From contig NC_043008.1 in the NCBI RefSeq assembly GCF_006345805.1, positions 51,894,001 through 51,958,000 on the forward strand: a stretch of 64,000 nucleotides of DNA, in the 5' to 3' direction. Shown piece by piece: positions 24,735 through 36,583 of this stretch (position 1 is the first letter of the stretch; each line of letters starts with the position of its first letter). The notes under the pieces were generated by a model, which made no database searches, was not told the DNA's origin, and saw only the letters and a list, made by a program, of their open reading frames with translations. The translations under genes and the position numbers were made by a program. The stretch is from Octopus sinensis. Its lineage: Eukaryota.

Positions 24735-24918
24735 GGTGGCACGTAAAAAGCACTCACTACACTCACGGAGTGGTTGGCATTAGGAAGGGCATCCAGCTGT
24801 AGAAACACTGCCAGATCTGACTGGGCCTGATGAAGCCTTCTGGCTTCACAGACCCCAGTTGAACTGTCCAACCCATGCTAGCATGGAAAGCGGACGTTAA
24901 ACGATGATGATGATGATA
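24735..24918 (+). mobile_element. SINE family C, 3' part
   Basis: ggtggcacgtaaaaagcac...ggacgttaaacgatgatg. Confidence 0.88.
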
Positions 24919-24926
24919 TATAAACA

Positions 24927-24960
<34 letters not shown>

Positions 24961-25172
24961 AACATAAAAATATATACACATATATACACACACTAATATT
25001 GATAGGTTTCCATACAGTTTCTGTCTATTAAGTATTTCTCTCACAAGTCATTGATTGAGCTGAGGTTACTATAAAAGACACTCACAGAAGAATAATGTAA
25101 ATAAACTCTCTGTTCTCTGAAAGTAGCCGAATATTCCATGCTGATCTCATCCCCTTTAGTTCACACACTTAC

Positions 25173-25212
25173 ATAAGTCTATATGGTAGACTGTACACTT
25201 TAATAATGCAGC
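25173..25212 (-). CDS. Predicted exon 5 of the minus-strand gene (AALLKCTVYHIDL; phase 0 to 1)
   Basis: tttctaccttgctttgttctcatgatattttag|GCT...TTAT|gtaagt; canonical sites, entry phase matches exon 4. Confidence 0.55.
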
Positions 25213-26195
25213 CTAAAATATCATGAGAACAAAGCAAGGTAGAAAAATATAGGACAAAATCCTTGAATGCTGTATAGGTTCTAGTTGTTTTAGATTCTTA
25301 TCTACATTGTAGCAAGAGCTATGTTTCTCTGTCCATGTGTCCATTTCTCAGTCTATCTGTCACATGCTGTCCTCAGATCAAAATGACTGTCAAGTAATTT
25401 ATTTCAAGAAATAAAATAAATGATATGATAAATAATATCGTTGCATTAAGAGACATGATGCAAAATATTCCAGTCAAAAGAATCGCTTCAACAGTACTTT
25501 ATTCTATGATTCTAATGATAATTAATTACACAAGTTTAGGAAGATTTATTTTATTTATTTTATATATAATGCATAATAGTGTCTGCTAATACCTGGTGAT
25601 ACCAAAATATGATATAGCTATAGTGTTGATTGGTAAAATATATTGGAGAATAAAGGAAAGTAAAAATTACTTTGTCAATTTTCCAAGTCTTCTACAAGTG
25701 GATTAGCACACAAAATATTGACTATATAACTAAACAATATACTAATTTGTAGCTAAGGCACCCATTGCAAGTTAATAATTGCTTTGCAAGATTGATGCTT
25801 CTTTGGTTATGTTGCCAAACTAAGATCAATCTGTTTGTTGCCAGCTGTATTTTGTCCAAGAGGAATTTGTAGTGTATACAATTTTTCTTAAAATACACTA
25901 AACCTTGCAGGTGGGCCCCAATGAGATTCAGTAAATAGCTTTTGACAATACTTTGACATGGCTTTTATAAATTGACTCAGGCATGTGTGCCACAGATAGG
26001 TCTACTGAATATTACCTATAAAGCAACAAACTTGCTAGATTTATTTTTATTGTTTTTTCAATTAAAATTTTATGTCAGTTCTCTTTCAGGGTTCATTTCA
26101 GTTTCTCTGCTAAGACTTTATTGTTGTTGTATCTTCAGATGGTCATTGCACCAATAATAAATGCACACTGGTTCAGTTTCACCTCATTATTATTG

Positions 26196-26416
26196 GTTAA
26201 GGCAGTGAGCTGGTAGAACTATTACAATACTGGACAAAATGTTTAGTAGCATTTCTTCTAGCTCTTTACATGCTCAGTTCAAATTCAACTGAGATCGACT
26301 TTGCCTTTCATCATTTTGGGGTTGATGAAATAAGTACCAGTTGAGTACTGAGGTTAATGTAGTCAACTTGCTCCCTCCCCTCAAAATTTCAGGTCTTGTG
26401 TCTATAGTAGAAAGGA
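26196..26416 (+). mobile_element. SINE family A, decayed
   Basis: ttaaggcagtgagctggtagaac...gactttgcctttcatc...aagtaccagttgagtactg. Confidence 0.75.
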
Positions 26417-27142
26417 TTATTTGTTAATTGGCTAGTTATTCAACCTATTAACTAATCGATTGCTTGCTTTATCACTCAGTTAATCAATCAATCTGTTGTC
26501 AGTCCTTTTATTGTCATTTGTGACCATATCACAGGTGATTAAGCTAGCAATTGATTAATTTGTTGATTATATCTAACCAACTGTCAAATAATAAAGTGAA
26601 ACTGAGCTAGTGCATGTATTTATTATTGGTGCAATGATCTTCCCAATATACAACAAAATTTCTTTCAACTCACAAGTTTACATCAAATACAAAAACTTTA
26701 TTTGTATTGAGGCTATGTCTGTCTTTCTATCTATCAATCTATCAAGATGTATATTCTGAGTCACATTAGTAGCAACATGAACTTTCTCCCTCTTCTTGCT
26801 CTATTAGAGTATTTGAGTAAAATTATATTAATGTGTCCAACTGATTAAAAAATTCTATTTATTTATGCAGCTGAGGATAGCCCTGCATTTTAATTGATGT
26901 AATGATTGCATTGTTTGATTAAATGGAGCCACTCGAAATGGTCATACTGCATCACCTCTTGATATACTGTTGCTTATTTTGATTTTATAAAGATATATAT
27001 ATATATATATATAATTAAGGTGTGCAGATATGGCATATTCCAAATGAACAAGGTAATATAATCCGATGGTAGAATGAATTCCGTGAATTAGATACTCCAA
27101 AGTCAGTCAGAAGGCTGGGGTCTGTGTGAGTGTGTGGTATAT

Positions 27143-27597
27143 AGTAAATCCCAAAAAGAATAAACACAAAAAGAAAACGCAAGTACGTGGTACATGTAAA
27201 GTATTAGCAGACACTCAGGGAAAGAAAGAAAGATGGTTTAGCATTTCAGGCAGATGCTCTTCTTCAGAAACAGAGGAAAGTTCAATAGAAGGGAAGACGG
27301 AGAAGAAAATTGCCAACGATTCACATGTGGTTACATGAGGAAAATCCAATAGAAGGGAAGATGGAGGAAGAAAATCGCCAACTATTCTCATGTGGTTACA
27401 TTTTGAAATGTAACCACATGTGAATCGTTGGCAATTTTCTTTCTCCGTCTTCCCTTCTATTGAACTTTCCTCTGTTTCTGAAGAAGAGCATCTGCCTGAA
27501 ATGCTAAACCATCTCTCTTTCCTTCCCTGAGCATCTGCTAATACTTTACATATATCACATCCTCACATTGTTGTATTTGTGTTCTTTTTTTGATTTA

Positions 27598-27599
<2 letters not shown>
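27143..27599. mobile_element. Foldback palindrome with a 66-bp duplication in the left arm and a decayed hammerhead-like motif in each arm
   Basis: Apex gtggttacattt-tg-aaatgtaaccac at ~27392-27417; the arms are reverse complements; motif at 27474-27509 (+) and 27236-27271 (-). Confidence 0.88.
27474..27509 (+). ncRNA. Decayed minimal hammerhead-like motif
   Basis: GUUU|CUGAAGA|A GAGC aucu GCCU|GAA|AUGC|U|AAAC: intact CUGANGA and GAAA, 4-bp stem I; stems II and III mutated. Confidence 0.45.
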
Positions 27600-27632
<33 letters not shown>

Positions 27633-27765
27633 GGGAAAAAGTAAGCTCAAAAGAGAACAATTCAAACTTTTTGAGAGGTCCAAAAAGAGAGAAAGAATGA
27701 TTTCCAATAAAGATTCATCATATTCATAAAAACAGCCAGAGCAAGTAATAAGAATATGAAAATAG

Positions 27766-28542
27766 TAGTTGAAAAATATCAGTATAGGTGTAAATATGCC
27801 ATAAACAATTATAGAAAAATGGAGGAGAAAAAGATGTTGAATCAAAATTAGATTTAATACAAAATAGGATTCAATACATACATGTGTTTCAAAGGATAAT
27901 ACAAATATGTAAGAAAAAAATTATAACCATAGTAATTATAATTAAATTTATGCATTGTCATTTTCATCAGCATGAGGAATTTTTATAAGGACATCAACAA
28001 AGGTTTAATAAAATAAAGTAACTTAAAATAAGATACAATAAAGGAGAATACAAATGGGGTAATAGGGAAAAAATTGGATATTTACAAGCAAGTTGTAAAA
28101 GGGAAAAATTTATTCTTATTTTTGTTATAGTTCACTGCACATATAGACGTGCATATGTCTGTCTTTTTTCTCTTATGTCTCTCTTACTGTTATTATTACT
28201 GATACATTTTCCTCTTTTTACAACTTGCTTGTAAATATCTGATTCTTTTCTCTATTACCCCATTTGTATTTTCCCTTATTGTATCTTATTTCAATTTATT
28301 TTATTTTATTAAACCTTCTTTGATGTCCTTATAAAAATTCCTCACACTGATGAAAATGACAATGCATAAATTTAATTATAATTACTATGGTTATAATTTT
28401 TTTCTTACATATTTGTATTGTCCTTTGAAATGTGTGTATGTATTGAATCCTATCTTGTATTAAATCTAATTTTGATTCAACATCTTTTTCTCCTCATAAT
28501 TGTTTATGGTATATTTATACCTATAACAATATTTTTCAACTA
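27766..28542. mobile_element. Long inverted repeat (~340-bp arms, ~95-nt spacer) ending in (TA)n
   Basis: 27766-28109 is the reverse complement of 28205-28542 with scattered transitions. Confidence 0.9.
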
Positions 28543-29598
28543 TATATATAACTAATGTAGGATAAATTTTTTTTTCAGGAAAAACAATTTTATCAATGGC
28601 CAGCATATCAAAAAATACCTTTAAAGGTCAAATTTATAAATAATTTACAAAATGAGGGCGAAAGAAAAATTCTATTGCCAAATATGCCGAAAAAAGACAA
28701 AATTGTCAATAACCATTATAATTTATGCGTCTCGAAACAAACCGATAGAAATTTCTAAAAAATCCGTTATTACTGTATTTTCCCAATTTCGGGGTTAATT
28801 CATAAGAATTTTCCTCTCTTCAGCGAAAAATATGTGAGATATAAGTGAAATACTTACTCAAACCCATGGAAAAAGCAAGCACTAAGTCCTATATATATAT
28901 ATCTATATATACATATGTATCAGGTCATCCCATAAGTTCTGTCCAATTTTACCTTTTTTAAAATTGAATGAGGTCAATATGTTCAACTAAAACCGTCAAG
29001 GTGTTGCTCCAGCATGGCCACAGTCAAATGATTAAAACAAGTAAAAGAATAAATACATGCATGCACACACACATACATGATTGTATGGTGGGCTTCTGCA
29101 CAGTTACTGCTCATCAAATCCCTTTACAAGGCATTGGTCTGCCCAAGGCCATAGATGCTTGCCCCAAGGTGCTGCAGAGTGGGACAGAATCCCAAACCAA
29201 GTGGTTGCAAAAGTAATTGCAAATTTCGGAAGTGTTTCAATATTGATCTCTTAAGCTCTCAGACTGAATCAATCACATGTAAGTGGTATTTAATTCATGG
29301 ACCCAACAGAGAAGAACAGTTAAGACAGAGGAATGGAATGGAATGAAAGTCACAGATGCTGTTCCTGTTTCTGCCATTCCAACACCAACAAGTTTTTAGT
29401 GAAATATCTAGGTACAAAAACAAAAATGTGGAATGGGTGAATTATTGAGTGACCAGCTCATGAATCCATAATTCCTATGTATTGAAGACCTTTCTGTTGT
29501 GACATTGACCAAGCATACCGCTTTATTTCATTCTACTTTAGCCTGCTACAAGGAATAATAAGTAACCTGATTTTATAGGCATAAGCATAGCTGTGTGG

Positions 29599-29824
29599 TT
29601 ACCCATTAGCATTTAAACTAGCCATATCAGACCCAAATGTTCTATTTGTTTAATGTTCAAACCAGCCAGAATCAGCCTCTTCTCACACCTACCCAACAAA
29701 ACCATTCTAAAAATAAACTATCACACCATCGAAATTTTGAAGTTATGAGATAATGTACAATTAATTCTGAACAATGTGAAAAAGCATTACATTTGACAGA
29801 ATAACCTGAATGCTGAAGGATTAA
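29599..29824 (+). mobile_element. piggyBac-type MITE inserted at the TTAA of a SINE B head
   Basis: gctgtgtgg|tta(a)cccattagc...gaagga ttaa|gaagtttgcttccc: removing it restores the SINE head gctgtgtggttaagaagtttgc. Confidence 0.8.
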
Positions 29825-29874
29825 GAAGTTTGCTTCCCAAGCACATGGTTCTGGGTTCAATCCCACTGGGTACT

Positions 29875-30002
29875 GACTAGTATAACTGGCAGGGCAAGGG
29901 GAACTTTTGGGTCGGCTGTGGGCAATATGTGTTTTTTGTGGGGTCTGGGAGTAGCAAATGGAAGGGGTGCCCTGGGTGGCACACACTCTAGCTACGCTAG
30001 TG
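29875..30002. mobile_element. hAT-type MITE inserted in the same SINE B copy
   Basis: Termini gactagtataact / agctacgctagtg are CpG-decayed inverted repeats; SINE B sequence resumes afterwards. Confidence 0.55.
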
Positions 30003-30582
30003 TGTGTACCACCTTCTACTATAAACCTGGGTGGATTTGGTAGACAAAAACTGAGAGAAGCCCATCTTGTGTGTGTGTGTGTGTGCACAAGTGTGTATGT
30101 GCGAGTTTGTGCATGTTTGTGCCTTCTTGTCTTCATATTGCATGATAGATGTAAATGGGTGTCACTGTCATACAAACATTGTCATTCATTTTCAGAATTC
30201 TGCAAAAACATGTCTGGCCATGGGGAAATATTACCTTGCTTGGACACAGGAGAAGGTTGGTGAAAGGGAGGGCATTTGCCTCAATAAACTATGCTTAATC
30301 CATGCAAGCATGGAAAAGTAGATGTTAAAATGATGATAATGATGATGATGATGATGACGATGATGATTATGATGATGATGAGGAGGAGGACTATGACAAG
30401 GACCTGTGTTAACCCAACATTTTATCACAGGATGGGTTCATCTGAAATAGAATTTCAGGAGGGCGAATCATATCATTTATACTGCAGTTTTGTCATGAAA
30501 GTAGGGATAAAAAAAATAAAGCATGACTGAGGTCAGCTTTAGGGACTAAAAAGACAAAGCTTGGAAATCATTAACTCTACAA

Positions 30583-30714
30583 CAATCACGGGCAAACTTC
30601 TGCACTTGGGACCTTATGAATGGCAGACCTTACAAAAAAATACCTTGAGTTATCATACTAAAGTGGCCCACCTGATGATGAGTCATTTCACATGAAAAAG
30701 ATTGCCCATCCCTG
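30583..30714. mobile_element. Short hAT-type MITE
   Basis: caatcacgggcaaact / agattgcccatccctg termini resemble CAGGG.TGGGCAA hAT ends; putative TSD degenerate (5/8). Confidence 0.45.
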
Positions 30715-30975
30715 CTTGACACCATAACTCAATTTTCATATGTGGTGACAGAAATAAGGACTGTAATATGGACGGTCACTGGTTAATAGGATTATACAGA
30801 TATTGCATACTATGTGTTAGTATACTAAAGGCATAAAAAGGGAAGGGAATGAGGAAAAGAAAGAGACAGGGAGTGAGAGAAAAGAGTTGAAAGAGGAGAA
30901 ACAATTTCATCATCTCCTAAACTGCATGGTGGTCTATGGAGAGAGCATGGTAGCAATGGAATGCATTTTGTCAAA

Positions 30976-31160
30976 GGTGGTGAGCTGGCAGAAATATTAG
31001 CACTCTGGCGAAATGCTTAGCAGTATTTCGTCTGTCTTTACATTCTGAGTTCAAATTCTGCTGATGTCATCTTTGCCTTTCATCCTTTCGAGATTGATAA
31101 ATTAAGTGCCAATTATGTACTGGGGTTGATCTAATCGAGTGGTCCCCTCTCCAAAAATTT
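30976..31160 (+). mobile_element. SINE family A
   Basis: aaggtggtgagctggcagaaatattagc...ttctgagttcaaattc. Confidence 0.8.
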
Positions 31161-31438
31161 TGTCAGTCTGGTAAAATGAGGAAATCAGTCCTACCACAGA
31201 CTTAGTAAGACTTGTTATATAAATCATATGGTCACTAAATCCAGGACAGAAACATTACATTTATTGCATTTCAGATAAAAGATGTGTTATTATTTCCCAT
31301 TCCTTGTTCTTCTTTGACTCTCTGCTTTCTCAAAAGACACCCCCACCCCCACACACTCACCCATGCACGCACACATATGCATATATATATATGCATATGT
31401 ATATTACACACACGTACATATGTCTCGTCTCTCTCTCT

Positions 31439-31477
<39 letters not shown>

Positions 31478-31480
31478 CAT

Positions 31481-31646
31481 AGGCGCAGGAGTGGCTGTGT
31501 GGTAAGTAGCTTGTCTACCAACCACATGGTTCCAGGTTCAGTCCCACTGCGTGGCACCCTGGGCAAGTGTCTTCTACTATAGCCTCGGGCCGACCAAAGC
31601 CTTGTGAGTGGATTTGGCAGACGGAAACTGAAAGAAGCCCGTCGTA

Positions 31647-31688
<42 letters not shown>

Positions 31689-31898
31689 TGTGTGTGTTTG
31701 TGTGTCTGTGTTTGTGCCCTAGCATTGCTTGACAACCGATGCTGGTGTGTTTATGTCCCCGTTACTTAGCGGTTCGGCAAAAAGAGAGCGATAGAATAAG
31801 TACTGGGCTTACAAAAGAATAAGTCCCAGGGTCAAGTTGTCGATTAAAAGGCGGTGCTCCAGCATGGCCACAGTCAAATGACTGAAACAAGTAAAAGA

Positions 31899-31900
<2 letters not shown>
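31481..31900 (+). mobile_element. SINE family B, full length
   Basis: aggcgcaggagtggctgtgtggt (A box)...ggttcagtccc (B box)...ccttgggcaag-like CORE-type motif...aagagt tail. Confidence 0.92.
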
Positions 31901-31950
<50 letters not shown>

Positions 31951-32241
31951 CAGGTTCTTTTTAATTATCAAAGATAAGCAGCTGACCATTATACACTCAC
32001 AAAAACCAGACAAGTTCTAATATTTTGTCTTTTATGTTAGTATCATAACATTTATTCACTTAATGTCCTTCATTTCATTCACAAGGGAAAAAAAACAACA
32101 ACAAAAGACCCCCAAAAATTTCCTTGCTTAAGCAAGTTCTTTCTCTTTCGGAGAGAGAGAAATAAAATGAGAAAACACACACACATATGCAAAACAAAAA
32201 CAAAAATCAACAAATTTCAATATCTTGTAAGAAATGCCAAC

Positions 32242-32342
32242 CTGTCTGACAAAAGCTTCAAATTTATTAACCGTTTGTGCGTGAGTTTTCCTTCTTTTCT
32301 TTAATATAACATTACTTTCACTTAGTACTTCAAAAGAGCCTG
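32242..32342 (-). CDS. Predicted exon 4 (AGSFEVLSESNVILKKRRKTHAQTVNKFEAFVRQ; phase 1 to 0)
   Basis: Pyrimidine tract tcttatattttaatatccttctcctag|cag (NAGNAG); donor CAG|gttggc; non-repetitive, coding-like composition. Confidence 0.65.
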
Positions 32343-32463
32343 CTAGGAGAAGGATATTAAAATATAAGATGAGTTGACAAATAATATAAAGACTTCTACA
32401 AGTGCTTCCTGGTCTTCGCACATTACCTTCACATCAAGGCCTCACATCTTATATTGCATTAAG

Positions 32464-32500
<37 letters not shown>

Positions 32501-32899
32501 GTCAAAGACAATATTGGGGTGTACTTACATACACAAAGGAAACAAAACACACACATACACTCAAACAAATTATGTAAGTACAGTGCCATATATTTTACAC
32601 ACCAAAGGTATACACTTGTGAATTTGAAATTACAGCCATATCTTTGGTGGAAATGGAGGAAAAAATGAATGAAAATATAGAAATGAGATGGTAGTAATGA
32701 TGGTGATGATGATGATAATGACGACGATGATGGTGGCGATGATGATGATTTCTTTATTAACCACTAAAGGTCTACACTAAGAGCAAGAACAATACAGAAT
32801 GATATGATATGGTATACAGTATATGATGAGGAGTTGCATGAAGGTGTGTAAATGGTGGAAACCAAAAAAAAAAACAAGAGATTCAAATGAGAAAACTCT

Positions 32900-33300
32900 C
32901 TCAAAAGGAGAGAAGGTTCTGAGGGATGCTCATGGAACCCCACCAGTGCAGGTGCCCTTTCTCCATCCTACTCCCTCAGTTTACAGGCACATGTGCAGAG
33001 CAGGCCCATTCACTCAGATTATTCTTGACACTCTCATCCATCTTCCAAAAAATTTTCTCAAAAGCAGCACTTCCCTCTCCATCCTCATTGTGCTTTCCAA
33101 GGAAAATAAAAAAGTTGATGAGGGTTTGGCCAAGGAGGAGAGTGTATGTCTTTAGCCCTTTCAATCTGGTCCATCACATAACCTCTTTTGCTATGACCAC
33201 CAGATAGTTAAACACAACCTGTTCTTCACAGTCAGAGTAAGGTAACAGGATGATCTTCACAGTGGGCTCAGTCAATAGCTGAATTTGTCACATACACAAC
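32900..33300 (-). mobile_element. Decayed non-LTR retrotransposon 3' remnant, possibly L1/Tx1-like
   Basis: Minus strand VIAKEVM*WTRLKGLKTYTLLLGQTLINFF resembles the C-terminus of Tx1-like ORF2 (from recall). Confidence 0.4.
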
Positions 33301-33476
33301 AGCAGATGTTCGACCTTAATAGTTTCAAATTTTGAATACGAGACTAGCAGTTTTGAGAGAAGGGAGATGCTGATTACATTGACCCTAGTGCTCAACTGGT
33401 ACTTATTTTATTAACTTGAAATGTTGAAAGGCAAAATTGAGCTTAGACTGCAAAAAGTTGAAAGAAATACTACTAT

Positions 33477-33860
33477 AGGCACAGGAGTGGCTGTGTGGTA
33501 AGTAGCTTGCTTACCAACCACATAGTTCTGGGTTCAGTCTCACTGTGTGGCATCTTGGGCAAGTGTCTTCTACTATAGCCTCGGGCTGACCAAAGCCTTG
33601 TGAGTGGATTTGGTAGACAGAAGCTGAAAGAAGCCCGTCGTATATATATGTGTGTGTATGTTTGTCCGACCAACACCGCTTGACAACCGATGCTGGTGTG
33701 TTTATGTACCCGTAACTTAGCGGTTCGGGAAAAGTGACCGATAGAATAAGTACTAGGCTTACAAAGAATAAGTCCTGGGGTCGATTTGATTGACTAAAGG
33801 CAGTGCTCCAGCATGGCCACAGTCAAATGACTGAAACAAGTAAAAGAGTAAAGAGTAAAG
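33477..33860 (+). mobile_element. SINE family B, full length
   Basis: Same structure as 31481. Confidence 0.9.
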
Positions 33861-34267
33861 CTTTTTGTCTAATACTAACAATTCTTTCAAATGCTACTAA
33901 AGTCACCCATCATGGTATTGACCAATACATCCATGAAAGCTACCAATTGTGATAATGTGACTATCATTTGTTACTGAGGTGGGTCAGGTACAGAAATGAT
34001 CCATTTGTTCATTAATTAGTCATGATCATGGTGCATATGAATCAAAGTGCATATGTTGCTATCATGACTTAACTAGGCTTACTTATTTTCTCTCATATTC
34101 TGACTACCTCAGTTACTTTTTCTATTCATTTCTCTGTCAACAATATGGTTACTCCACCAATTCCAGCTCTGCCTCTAATAATTTGTACCCCTGTTGCTTG
34201 CCCTCCATATTATCTTTTATGTCTTGTCCATATTTACTTGTCTCTGCTCCTGTCTCTTTGGTTCTAC

Positions 34268-34313
34268 CTTTTGTTGTCCCAAATTTGATGGTGGTAACCC
34301 AAAAGTTTTGCAC
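34268..34313 (-). CDS. Predicted exon 3 (VQNFWVTTIKFGTTK; phase 0 to 1; alternative in-phase donor at 34238)
   Basis: ccactcctctcactatcag|GTG...AAAG|gtagaa, or extended to ...GACAA|gtaaat; both end in phase 1. Confidence 0.55.
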
Positions 34314-34496
34314 CTGATAGTGAGAGGAGTGGTTCAAGCAGAGTTTGAAAGTAAGAGAGTTTGTAAAACCATTTGATTGTGAGTAACATTCCACTGTTGT
34401 ATGCATCATTTAAGAAGCCCTTCATATGAAATTAGGGGGTTTTCATTGATCTGACTGTCCTATTTTTTTTTTGGGTTTTTACATTACCACCTTACT

Positions 34497-35108
34497 TTAA
34501 CCTTTAGTATTCAAATTACTCTGTCAAATATAATACATATTTACTCACATTGTTTTGAATTAATCATCCATCATCTTGTAGCTTCAACATTTTGATGATG
34601 TGATTGTTTATTATTGTAGGGTAGGACATTGAAAGGCCAGATGTGGTTAATTTGAACATAAAACAGAATATTTGGGCCTGGTATTCTCTCTTTTACTTGT
34701 TTCAGTCATTTGACTGCGACCATGCTGGAGCACCGCCTTTAATCGAGCAACTCGACTCCGGGACTTATTCTTTTGTAAGCCCAGTACTTATTCTATCGGT
34801 CTCTTTTGCCGAACCGCTAAGTAATGGGGACGTAAACACACCAGCATCAGTTGTCAAGCAATGCTAGGGGGACAAACACAGACACACAAACATACACATA
34901 TATATATACATATATACGACGGGCTTCTTTCAGTTTCCGTCTACCAAATCCACTCACAAGGCATTGGTCGGCCCGAGGCTATAGTAGAAGACACTTGCCC
35001 AAGATGCCACACAGTGAGACTGAACCCAGAACTATGTGGTTGGTAAGCAAGCTACTTACCACACAGCCACTCCTGCGCCTATGGCTGATTTAAATGCTTA
35101 AGGGTTAA
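34497..35108 (-). mobile_element. piggyBac-type MITE interrupted by a full-length SINE B (34685-35080, minus)
   Basis: ttaacctttag... at 34497; the MITE resumes as atggctgatttaaatgcttaagggttaa after the SINE. Confidence 0.82.
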
Positions 35109-35336
35109 AGCTATCCTCCCATTACCCCTGCTAACACCACCTTCCGCATTCCTGGCATCACATCTTCCCCAATATAGCGCTCGCTATTGCAGTGGTATGT
35201 GGACTACTGTGCAGTATAGCAGGAAACTGTTCAAGCAGAAAGGGGTTCTCCAGGGTTTATTGCAATGTTGTCAGCATGGAAAATGGATGTTAAAGGATGA
35301 TGATGATGAAGAAAATGTGTACATGATGCCACTGAC

Positions 35337-35405
35337 AAAATTTGTTTGAAAAGACTCTCCGAGAAATGAATCAAGAATGACTTTGATTATAGAGTTGACC
35401 TGAGG
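35337..35405 (-). CDS. Predicted exon 2 (PQVNSIIKVILDSFLGESFQTNF; phase 0 to 0)
   Basis: ttgttgttttttttaataacaacaatatagttgttcag|CCT...TTT|gtcagt; 69 nt, open frame. Confidence 0.55.
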
Positions 35406-36583
35406 CTGAACAACTATATTGTTGTTATTAAAAAAAACAACAACAAAATGTTGGATAATGTGAATGGCAGAGCAGTGTGAGAAAAAAGTGTCTTACTCAA
35501 GGACACAAGGCACTACCGTATGTTGAACTCACAACCTTATGAGTGGAAACCAAATACCTAACCACTAAGCCACATGCTTTCACACTCATGGGAAACAGCT
35601 TGCTTGGAAACAAATAAGGGTTGATGACAGGAAAGGCCACCAGCCACAAAAATCTTTCAACAAACTCTGCCTAACCCATGCAAACATGGAAAAGTGGATG
35701 TTAGGAGATGATGTGTGAGTGTGTGTGTGTGTATGCATCTGTATTTATCTCCCTACTGCTTGACAACCAGCGTTAGCTTGTCTATGTCCTTGTAACTTGC
35801 TTTAGCAAATGAAGTTGATAGAACACATACCAAACTTAAAAGAATAAGTACTGAGGGCGATTTGTTTGACTGAACCCTTAAACGCAGGGTCCTGGGATGA
35901 CTAGTTCAAAATCTGAAACAAAAACATGGTGATATACAAAGGCAGTATATTTCTATTGAAATATGGTAAAGAAAGGATTAAGGAAAGGGCAATGGTCAAT
36001 TTGGGTTCCCAAACCACTTCGTGCCACGGGATAACAGTTTCAAATATGCAAAAACACACGATGGTCACGACTGGAACGACTTTGATCATTGATCTGCTCT
36101 TCAAGTTAGACCTGGGGTTAAACGACAACCAACAATAAATTGTTGGTATTAAAAGAAGGAATGATATCATGAAAATGTACTCTTAGACATAATACGAGGT
36201 GGTCACGACTACAGCAACTTAGATCATGGATTTGTTCGTCCGGTCAGAACTGACCAAGGGTTAAAGCACCGAACAACCAGCCAACCCACCAAGTGTTCGA
36301 CATTCAGACTAAATTATAGCATCGACAGTATAGGAGTTTTTGAAGAGGAATAAAGAATTTAGGAAATAAATAAATAAAATAAAGGCAGCGATTTCAGTGC
36401 GTTTTCCCCTTTTTTTTGCCCCGTTTTTAATGTCATCGATGGGATCAACAGCTAGAGACAGTTTCATGAGCAATGTATGTTGAGGTCATCATAGCTAACA
36501 TTTTGAAAGTCTGAGTAAATTGTTTGGCAGCAAAAAAGAAAAAGAAAAAAACGACGGAGAGGAAGAAAGATAAATAGACTCAC

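Noticed and set aside
29519-29545. Minus-strand exon with good splice sites
   Set aside because: Contains a stop codon in all three frames; cannot be an internal coding exon.
32242-32342. ADAM17-prodomain or fukutin assignment for the predicted gene
   Set aside because: Only a loose resemblance (FEVLSESN..KRR; VNKF...IDL) with wrong spacing and no diagnostic motif; no gene symbol given.
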